Shown piece by piece: positions 27,701 to 39,700 of a stretch of 64,000 bases of DNA. The stretch is from the NCBI RefSeq assembly GCF_964355755.1, contig NC_092672.1:12214001-12278000 (forward strand), written 5' to 3'. How positions within the stretch are numbered: the first letter of the stretch is position 1; each line of letters starts with the position of its first letter. Both the position numbers and the translations under genes were made by a program. A model generated the notes under the pieces. The model worked only from the letters and a program-made list of their open reading frames with translations, did not search any database and was not told the DNA's origin. This DNA is from Antedon mediterranea (lineage: Eukaryota; Animalia; Echinodermata).

Positions 27701-30700
27701 TGCAAAATATACAAAAACAAATACAAATATTTTGAATAAATTCAAAGCCATAGTTTTAAAAATGTCATTATGACAGCTAATCTTCGTCACATTCGTACAG
27801 TTCAAAGGTTCAGTACAATGTTAAATATGTGTCATTATTAATACACAGTTTAATATTCATGATGCAAAACTCAATCAAAGTGTATTAATACAAACTTACT
27901 GTCAAGTAACTTCAATATATTATTTTTCTTTTCTTTGGAGATATGACTATTATCCTTCAAAGCAGATGCTGGTGTTTGTCCTCGCTATACAAAAAATTGT
28001 ATTAAAGTATTATCCACTGTTACTTTACTAATCTATATATACATTTACGTAAGGGAAAAATCGGTAAATCTCGCCTTACTTCTAGAATTTTTACTCGATG
28101 GTATATAAAGTTGGTTCGTACTTTCGGTACTGATTTTAACCACCTTATGTAACTCTGTTTACTAATTTAAATTGAGTTAGATAATTATTTATTGATGATT
28201 AAAGCGAATTTACGATTTGCCCCGAATAGGTGTTTTTCACAAATTGTTTTACATTATATAAACACATATACAAATAAAATTTATTAATGACAGTTGCTTC
28301 TCAACGTTTGTATTAATTAATAATGTAATTACAAAAAAAATATAAACGTCGAGTGATGTATCGTTACATGTACTGTACTTCAATCGACTATGAGGGTGAC
28401 AGTTTCAACAAAGTATTAAATCGCAATGTTTTAATGTATTTAGTGGTATATTATTGTAAAACATGAAAACAATTAATATTTCGTTGCTAAATGGATAAAG
28501 AATATATTATAAAATTGTTCCTCTTTGCACTCATCCTCTTTTTCCATCCCTCAACCCTAATTTTACCTACAAAACACAAATTAAGTTTGTTTAAATTTGA
28601 CTCAAACAATTGGTCTCAATTTGTGACAAGTTTTTCTTTCGAAAGTAATTCACAGGGTGCTAATTTTAGTTGAGTACATAAATCACCGTTTTTATTTATT
28701 TCGTTATTATATTGTCCTGTGGTACGTACATTTGAAATCGCCAGTTTTTTTAACGCTGAAATTACTATGTATTCGAGAAGCATCTGTGGACGACCTAGAT
28801 GCGAGCGAAGCGAGTAAACTAGTAATTTACATAATCCGGATTGTAATAAACACATTCATAAGCTAATAGTGTGCACACGTTAATATGACACAATCTGAGT
28901 ACCTTTGCACTAACAAACAACAATACTAACTGCTCTACCATTTAATGTTTATTGTGATTGAATACACTTAGTCTTTAAAATCTCTCAAAACCCATATTTT
29001 GAATTTTTAATTGTCTAAATTTTTCTGTCTATGTAAAGCGCATTAAGGCTTTCAGCATAATGCGCTATATCAAGTACCAGTTATTATTATTATTATTAGT
29101 AGTAAAAATGCTATTGAAAAAAATATTATAAAAGAATAGTCGATACTGATTAAATGTACATGTTAATTATCGCATCTATGAGAATTTACCACCACTAGCA
29201 GCAACCCGTGCTCCGCATTGTCTTTGTCGACTTTAATATATGATTATATACTAATTCGCATGGGATGAGTAAGTATCATATAAGCGCACTCTTCCCTCAT
29301 AAAACGCCATGGATTTTGTTATACACCAAGTATTCCTTCAATTTTAAGTAACTATGAGCTACAAAATGAAAGCAATACTGGATATGGGACTTTACGAAAA
29401 TGGAAAAATTGTGCTGTGTGAATAAGATGATGCGCGCAATAACATAACAAAAGTATAAAATGGCGAACTATATTATTTTGGGTGTTTTTCGTGGTGTATT
29501 AATTATTATTTTGATACATTGAAATAAAAAGTGAACAAAAATGGACGGAGTAGAAAGTGCATGAGATTAAAAGATTTTAATGAAGTATTGGAATAAATCA
29601 ACACAAAAAGTAGTCGAAATTTGACGATGCGCTGACACAAACTATTACTTTTTGGGTGTATTTTTTCTTTGAGACGTCAATTACTGCTATTGTTTGCCTT
29701 TTTTAGTGTTTATCCTTAAAATTCAGGAAAGTGACATAGCCTATCGTGTGCGGCCCATCAATAAACATCAGTGTGCCAAATGTGAGCACTTACCGTTCAG
29801 TGGTTTTGGAAGAGATACATAAAATAAAAAAATTTAGTAGCATTAATGTAGATGCTAACATAATGGCTTTAAACAATTGGCGCCCTTTCTGATATTATTT
29901 GTCTCCATCAAGATAATGGTTACTGTGTATTAGTTAACACAAGATGTGTAATATTTTAAGTTGATAGATACTCCTAATCAAAATAAGAGTATACCTTGGA
30001 TATAGGGGTAATGGTTTGCTTAATAAGCACAATTTAAAAATGCAAATGCAATGTTGCTGCATTAATTGACGGTACCTTGTTTCTTGCTTTAAGTGATGCT
30101 CCGTGGGCTATGAGACTGTTCACTATTTCTATATTACCACTCGTGCCAGTCCTAACGTGTTCATGTAGCGGTGTGTTTCCCTTCTGGAAAGCAGAAAGTT
30201 GTATGTATAATAATATACATTTAACACTTTAGATACTAGAACTAAAGTTTAAACAAATTTAATATTGTATTCGTATCCTACAATTATAACAAGCAATTAA
30301 CTACTACATCTAATGTATTGTATATTTTGCTTCTCGTGGGCTACTCGTCTTTCAGTAGGTAACTTCGATGATCATCCCTGCCAAATTGCCAGGACTTGCG
30401 ATTATACAAGTACAATTATTTAAACTCTGGTGGCAACTGGAAATGCGTCTGGCAGATGGACAGCCGGGAATGAGTCCAACGGATGTGAAGCATATATGTC
30501 TATCGATTATAGAATGAAAGTTAGATGATAAATCTGAATTAGGGTAAAAAATTGACTTCAGTAATGTAAACGGGGTCCCATCGTTTTATTACTTTTTATG
30601 AAATCATACACATAAGGGCCATTATTGGTTCGGCATCATAGTCCGCAAGGTCTATGGTCAAGAAATTGTTAAGTAAATGGAGTATTTTGTTAATTGTCTA

Positions 30701-33700
30701 CGATAGACCACATTATAACAGTACTGTAAATAATACAACTAGTTGATTTCAATTGGGACGTGGAGAGGTGTTAGCAATGAACATACTTTTGAAAGTATTG
30801 GTATTACCGTCTTTGATAAATAAATAACTTTTTACACAATGAAAATAAATTAAACAAACACAAGGTTTGTTTATACGGGAGCTCATTTAGATTAACTTGT
30901 ATTGCTAACTAAAACGAAATAATAACATTAATAATTGTTTTAATCATTATAAGAGCAATTTACATTGTTTGTTGCTGTGATGAATGCTCCGTGGGCTAGG
31001 AGCCTGTTCAATATCTCTATATTACCACTGCCAACCTGAACGTGTCCATGTAGCGGTGTGTTTCCATCCTGGAAAGAAGAAAGTTAGATTAAACTTGACG
31101 CATTTTTTTTAAAGAATACATAGTATTATATTACATATTTATCCTTTTCTATATTTCATTTTGTAGTTTATTGAGAGTGACTGTAAATCATAAAGAAGAC
31201 ATGGTTTTAAGAAAATAATACAACTTGCTAATTTTAATTATTATAATACAGAAGGGTTAGCAATGAACACATTTTAAAAGTATTGATTTAGCGTATTGTT
31301 CAATCTAAAATGCTACAGCTACACTATTTTTAATATATTTTAAATTATATTTTTGGTTTGATAATAACTATACATTTTTTCCAATGAAAAACACATTAAA
31401 TAAACGAATCTAGGGTTTGTTTATAATGGTAGGTAATTTAGATTAATTTATAGTAACTAAAGCGAATAATTACGTTAATAATTTTTAAATCATTTTAAAA
31501 GAGTAATTTACATTGTTTGTTGCTGTGATTGATGCTCCGTGAGCTATGAGACTGTTCACTATCTCTACATTACCACAACCATGCATAACGTGTGCATCTA
31601 GCGGTGTGGCTCCATGCTGGAAAGAAGAAATTAGATTAAACTTGACGCATTTTTTTAAAGAATACAGGTAGTATTATATTACATATTTATCCTTTTCTAC
31701 ATTCATTTTGTAATTATTTAATAGTGACTGTAAATTATAATAAGGTAATAAGAAAATAAGAAGAAAATAATACAATTTGCTGAGTTTAATTATTATAATA
31801 CAGATGGGTTAGTATTGAACACATTTTAAGAAAATAATAATACAACTTGTACTATACCCTGGAAAGAAGAAAGTTAGATTAAACTTGACGCATTTCTTTT
31901 AAAGAATACAGGTAGTATTATATTACATATTTATCCTTTTCTATATTTCATTTTGTAGTTTATTGAGAGTGACTGTAAATTATAAAGACATGGTTTTAAG
32001 AAAATAATATACTTGCTGATTTTAATTACTATAATACAGAAGGGTTAGCAATGAACACATTTTAAAAGTATTGATTTAGCGTCTTGTTCAATCTAAAATG
32101 CTACAGCTACACTATTTTTAATATATTTTAAATTGTATTTTTGGTTTGATAATAACTATACATTTTTTCCAATGAAAAACACATTAAACGAATCTAGGGT
32201 TTGTTTATAATGGTAGGTAATTTAGATTAATTTATAGTGTTAACTAATGCGAATAATTACGTTAATGATTTTTAAATCATTTTAAAAGAGTAATTTACAT
32301 TGTCTGTTGCTGTGATTGATGCTCCGTGAGCTATGAGCCTGTTCAATATCTCTATATTACCACTGCCAACCTGAACGTGTTCATGTAGCGATGTGTTTCC
32401 ATTCTGGAAAGAAGAAATTAGATTAAACTTGACGCATTTTTTTAAAGAATACAGGTATTATTATATTACATATTTATCCTTTTCTATATTTCATTTTGCA
32501 GTTTATTGAGAGTGACTGTAAATTATAAAGAAGACATGGTTTTAAGAAAATAATACAACTTGCTGATTTTAATTATTATAATACAGAGGGGTTAGCAATG
32601 AAAACATTTTAAAAGTATTGATTTAGCGTCTTGTTCAATCTAAAATGCTACAGCTACACTATTTTTAATATATTTTAAATTGTATTTTTGGTTTGATAAT
32701 AACTATACATTTTTTCCATGAAAAACATATTAAACGAATCTAGGGTTTGTTTATAATGGTAGGTAATTTAGATTAATTTATAGTGTTAACTAATGCGAAT
32801 AATTACGTTAATGATTTTTAAATCATTGTAAGAGTAATTTACATTGTTTGTTGCTGTGATTGATGCTCCGTGAGCTATGAGACTGTTCAATATCTCTACA
32901 TTACCACGGCCAAGCCAAACGTATACATGTAGCGGTGTGTTTCCATCCTGGAAAGAAGAAATTAGATTAAACTTGATACATTTTTTTAAAGAATACAGGT
33001 AGTATTATATTACATATTTATCCTTTTCTACATTCATTTTGTAATTATTTAATAGTGACTGTAAATTATAATAAGGTAATAAGAAAATAAGAAGAAAATA
33101 ATACAATTTGCTGAGTTTAATTATTATAATACAGATGGGTTAGCATTGAACACATTTTAAGAAAATAATAATACAACTTGTACTATACCCTGGAAAGAAG
33201 AAAGTTAGATTAAACTTGACGCATTTTTTTTAAAGAATACAGGTAGTATTATATTACATATTTATCCTTTTCTATATTTCATTTTGTAGTTTATTGAGAG
33301 TGACTGTAAATTATAAAGACATGGTTTTAAGAAAATAATACAACTTGCTGATTTTAATTATTATAATACAGAAGGGTTAGCAATGAATACATTTTAAAAG
33401 TATTAATTTAGCGTCTTGTTCAATCTAAAACGCTACAGCTACACGATTTTCAATATATTTTAAATTGTATTTTTGCTTTGATAATAACTATACATTTTTT
33501 CTACTAAAGAAAAACACAATAAACGAATCTAGAGTTTGCTTATAACGGGGGACAATTTAAATTCACTTGTAATGTTAACTAATACGAATAATTACGTTTC
33601 GATTTTTAAATCATTGTAAAAGAGTAATTTACATTGTTTGTTGCTGTGATTGATGCTCCGTGGGCTATGAGACTGTTCACTATCTCTACATTACCCTGGG

Positions 33701-36700
33701 CAGACCTAAAGTGTGTATGTAGCGGTGTGTTTCCAATCTGAAAAGAAGAAAGTTAGATTAAACTTGACGCATTTTTAAAGAATACAGGTATTATTATATT
33801 ACATATTTATCCTTTTCTATATTCATTTTGTAATTCATTAAGAGTGAATGTAAATTATATAGAAAAATCTAGTATTAAGAAAATAATAAAACTTGTTTAA
33901 AAAGTATTGATTTAGCGTCTTTTTCGATCTAAAACCCTACAGCTACACGATTTTCAATATATTTAAAATTGTATTTTTGCTTTGATAATAACTATATATA
34001 CAATGTTTCCAATGAAAAACACATTAAACGAATCTAGGGTTTGCTTATAACGGGAGATAATTTAAAATGACTTGTATGTTAAGTAATACAAATAATTACG
34101 TTAATGTTTTTTAAATCACTGTCAGTATAAGAGTAATTTACATTGTTTGTTGCTTTGACTGATGCTCCGTAAGCTATGAGATTGTTCACTATCTCTAAAT
34201 TACCACGGCCATACATAACGTGTTCATGTAGCGGTGTGTTTCCATCCTGAAAAGAAGAAAGTTAGTATTATTATATTTCATATTTATTCTTTTCTACATT
34301 CATTTTCTAATTCTAAGAGTGAATGTAAATTATATAGAAATACCTGGTATTAAAAAATGACTAACTGATTTCAATTAAGACATGCAGAGGATTTAGCAAT
34401 GAACATCATTTTGAAAGTATTGATTTTAGCGTCTTATTTAATCTAAAATTCGACAGCTGTACATGATGTTTAAATATCGTAAATTATATGGTGATGGTTA
34501 ATAACTATAAATAATATAATTTATTAAATTAATAAACATATTCCTACGCCTAGACATTTCGTTTAGATTCAAGTAAACTTTCATGAGTACTGAATTTGTA
34601 GATATTAGTCCGGTGGCAGGAGGGGGGAATCACCACCCGAAAGGGGACAAATTGCCATCCAACTTTTCTAGACTCGAATTTTCCGTAGATTACGAATATG
34701 GAAGGTAATCGATCAGGATAGGAAGCGTTTTCGAGATATAAGGGGTCAAAGTTCAAAATTGACCAATTACAACAATGTATTATGTATATGTATTATAACA
34801 AATTTATTGAAGCACAATTTGGTCTTTTATTACATTTTTATGATTATAAGTGTCTATTCAATCACCTTATGAAAAAAAAAATCCTTTGTGATTAAGGGTC
34901 AAATGTCAATATTGACCAATCATAGAACGTACCTATAAAACCAAATAAAAACTAATATTTAATCAAAATTGGATGTTTTCTCATTCTATTAATCAATCAT
35001 ACGCAATGTAAAAGAGCGAATACATCATTTCATCAGTTGACATAAGGTCAATTTCATCAGTTGACATAAGGTCAAACGTCAACATTTTAATACGCGTATT
35101 AGTTAACAAATAAATGCAAAGTTGTCCAAACTAGTATGATATTGATGGTTTTACAAGTAATCAAATTATTTGATTAGTAAAGTTATGTTATTTCATTATA
35201 ATTTTGATTAATATAATTATAATACTGTATTTAATCAAATCAGACTTCGATCAGGATAGGAAGCGAATAGGAAGAGATAAGGGGTCAAAGTTTAAAATTG
35301 ACCAATTATAACAATGTATTATATACATATGTATTATTAACCAGTTTATTAAAGTTCAATTTGGTCTTTTAATATATTTGTATGGTTATAGGTATTGTAT
35401 GGTGTTATTCAGTCGCCTTATAAAACAAATACTTTGCAATTAATGGTCAAATGTCAATATTAACCAATCACACAATTTGCATTTAAAACCAAATAAAAAC
35501 TAACATTTAAGACAAAATGTTATGTTTTATCATTCTGTTAAGACATCTATCAATCATACACAATCAAAAGAGCACATTTATCATTACACAAGTTGACATG
35601 GGTCAAAGGTCAACATTTGAACAAATGATATACTAAATAATGCAACTTTTCAAACTATGAGATCGATGTTCATAAATGTAATCACGTTATTTGATCAGTG
35701 AAGTTATGGTATTTTTATATTTTTTCTAGTGCGCATTATTTTAAATGTATTAATATAATACTGTAAAATAAATAATAAAATTAATATTATGACGATTAAA
35801 ATGTTATGATGTTAAAATGTTGCGCTGACCTTCAATGATTTGCCACTATACAGTTGCATTTATTAGGGCTACAATATTCGTCTTTGGAAAATAAACTACT
35901 ATTCATCAGAACCAGAGAATACAAATTCGTACAGGGTAGGGCATAGGCAGATCCAGGTGGCCAAACTCAATCCACAACTCACTACACAGACAGACCACAA
36001 TTTTTATATAGTTGTGCCCATACAGGAAAGAGTTTCCTGTATACAAAGGATTCTAAAATAACCCATGTGGATTTGCCCGAATGAACCCTCTAAGGACCCT
36101 TTTGGGATCTATATGTGGTGTGCTACATAAGGCCCTGTATTAGAAATTAGTATGGGGTAAATAGTTCATAGATGAACTATGGAATAAAACTAAATGTGCA
36201 CCCTCAATCTTTAAATAACATTTATGGATTTTCCCAAATGAACCCAAGGGCCGATCCTTCATGGACCTTTCGGGGTTCTCTATGTGGGGCTACAAGAAAC
36301 CCTATATTGGAAATAATGTATGTGGGGTGAAAATGTGGGTTCATAGAGATATAATAAATCCCTGTGCACCCTCGATCATCCATAAGGAATATTTTATGGA
36401 TTTGCCCAAATTAACCCAAGGGCCGGTCGTTCTCCATGGATGGACATTAAGCCCCATAATGGAAATATAAGGGGTGACACTGTGAGTTCATATAGACAGG
36501 CGTGGCCCATGAATTAAGCTGCCTGTGCACTCTCGATCCTTAAGAAAAATTTATGGATTTGCCCAAATTAACCAAAGGGCCGGTCCTCCATGGACATTAA
36601 GCCCCATAATGGATATTAATGGATGACACTGTGGGTTTATATAGACAGGCACAACCATGGAATAAAGCTGCCTGTGCACTCTCGATCCTTAAGGAACACT

Positions 36701-39700
36701 TATGGATTTTCCCAAATTAACCCAAGGGCCGGTCCTCCATGGATGGACATTAAGCCCCATAATGGACATTAAGGGGTGACACTGTGGGTTCATAATAGAC
36801 AGGCGGGGCCCATGGAATAAAGCTACCTTGCACTCTCGATCCTTAAGGAACACTTATGGATTTGCCCAAATTAACCCAAGGGCCGGTCATCCATGGACAT
36901 TAAGCCTCATAATGGAAATATAAGGGGTGCCAATGTGGGTTTATATAGACAGGCACATGGAATAAAGCTGCCTGTGCACTCTCGATCCTTAAGGAACCGA
37001 TTTGGATTTTGCCTAAAATGAAACAACAGCAGGTCATCTATTTAAACCCTTCTGTGGTTCTCTAATGTATGTTCAGTTCTACATTTGGCTCCTGTATCGG
37101 ATCAATGCATTTGGCTACATAAGTTACTGTGTTAGAAATATATCGGGTAACTAAAACTGTAGGTTCCAATATTAAGCCATGGGAAAAGCCTGTCTGTGCA
37201 CTCTCAATCCTTTTAAAAGGAACCCATATGGATTTGCCAAAATGAACCAAGTGTAACTTCTGAATTCGCTATGAGCCGTACATTCCGTTTATTGGAGATT
37301 CGTGGATACCTGATTGAAATTGCTCAAATATTTCTGAAAGACATTGTACTGTATAGTAATAGTATTATTCCCCTTCCACACCTCTTTGAATTAAATCCGC
37401 CCTGATAGGCTCTTAGGTACAGGATTTAAAAGCAATAATCACACTTGTATTTTTCAAACAGTATAATCTATTAGATTGAATAAAAATATCTATTATAAAC
37501 AATTTGCCGTTAGAAATCTCTGTGCCATGTCGTTATTTAGATGAGAAAAACAGGTCAAAGGTTAAAATTACAGAAAAATAGGTGTTTCAGTCACTTTTTG
37601 AAAAAAAGCTGCATTATGGCAAGTATAAACATATATATTGTGAACAATTTGACACCACAATTGGCTCCTTACGACAATTATTTATTAATTTATGTTTTTA
37701 TGACCTTATTCAATTATGTCAAAGGTTAATAACCACACTTTCGGTCATTTTCAAGCAATATCATCTGTTATACTGAATATAAATGTATATCTTGGGAACA
37801 ATTTGCTCCTATTTTTAATTCTCTCCGACCTGCCGTTACTTAGATATAGCAAAAAGAAAGAGGTCAAAGTTCAAAATTGCTAACAATGGAGTTTCCGGTC
37901 AATTTTTCAAAGAAATTTCTGTTAGAGCTAATATAAACATATACATTGTGAACAATTTGACACCAAAATTATCTCACTACGCCCAGAATTTCCAGAGATA
38001 TAGCATGTTTTTATATTGGTCAATTTTGAACTTTGACCCCTTATATCTCGAAAACGCTTCCTATCCTGATCGATTACCTTCCATATTCGTAATCTACGGA
38101 AAATTCTGGTCTAGAAAAGTTGGATGGTAATTTGTCCCTTTTCGGGTGGTGATATCCCCCCCTCCTGCCACCGGACTATATGTATGTATTACCAAACCGC
38201 CTTCAAAACATAATTGCAAATTCCAACAATACACTCTACGGTGAATTCAATAAATATTTTGTTATATTATTAATCTACTATCCATCCCACCTTCATCCTA
38301 CAATAAATAAAAATATTACGTAATTCGTTTCTCCCATTTGCTATGAGGCTTTTGAATGCAAGTGTAGTGAATTTATCTTAGTTGGTTCCGAGCTTTCTCA
38401 GGCGTATATATTTCCACGCGACGTACACAGCTGTCACTGAATGATAACTCATACAAAAAGTATATTTAACTCAACTAGAACTTGTATTCCTTGTAATTCG
38501 ATTAATACATCTTTCTACCACTACCAGTCAAGCCTTAATATTTTCTTTATCAACTTTCCGTTTATCTACTCTGATCTTATTCTCTCTTCTCTTCTAATAT
38601 CTATTACATTCTACTTTTATACTGCATAACTGTATGCAAATTTTAGGCTTCAGAGGAGGATAACATTTTCCCTCCAAAAATTATACGATTTTGATTGGCT
38701 AATAATAAGGCGGACCTGGTCTAAAACATCCTTCTCTAAACACAGAGAATCACAACATTTAATATGACAGCAAGGTATGTGTATGTATTGAGTTATATGA
38801 CATTTGCCTTTTTGTTATATTTGTTGCATTTGTATTTTATCCTATATGTGACGTACTGTCTGTAGTTTACCATTTTTTTTTCTACTAGGAATAATAACGT
38901 TAATGATTTAAATAATAGTAAATCTCTGTCAAACGCTACCAAACTGCATCAATAAAGTGTCGTACTTTCTGTATTTTACCAATTTTATCATATCTTTGCT
39001 ATATTTATTTAATATGTGACAAGCAGGACAATTTGTTTTACATTTCTCAGAGCTTGTTGGTATTTCATCATAATTACATTTTTCACAAATTAAAATATTG
39101 TGGTTTAGGGCCTGCATAGTTATTATCAAACATTCTCATATACAGTACTTCATTGCCTCTTTGTACTGTATTTCACCTTTCCTAGCTGTGGATGCTTGCC
39201 ATCGTCGCATAACATGCTCGTTTAACTAACAAATAAACAAGTAGCAAAATCAGTTTTACCACATTTGACCAGTGTCATAAAAAACTTCTTGGAAGAGAGA
39301 TTAGGATCTCAAAATCACAATAAATGCGTAAAAATTGAATCAAACAACAATAATAACAAACTACTATTTATCAACTGTGAGATTTAACAACAACAATGTA
39401 TCTCGTCTCGTTCCCTCAAGCAAGCTTGCCGTTAAATAATTATAGAGGGGGTAGTTTCAATAAACTTTGGCAGACGGCAAACATACAATGTATAGAGTGC
39501 GTTTAAATATGTTATGAGCTTACTAATGAGATCAGTATTTGTAGTAGTAGACATAATGACAATATATTTTAATTTAGATGGATTATTTGTGTAATAGGAT
39601 CGAAAACATATACTTAGTTCTACTATCTGAATAAACTAAAAGGAATTCATCTTCAATTGATTGTAGAGAGCATAATTTGCATAGTCTATCATTTCTATTA

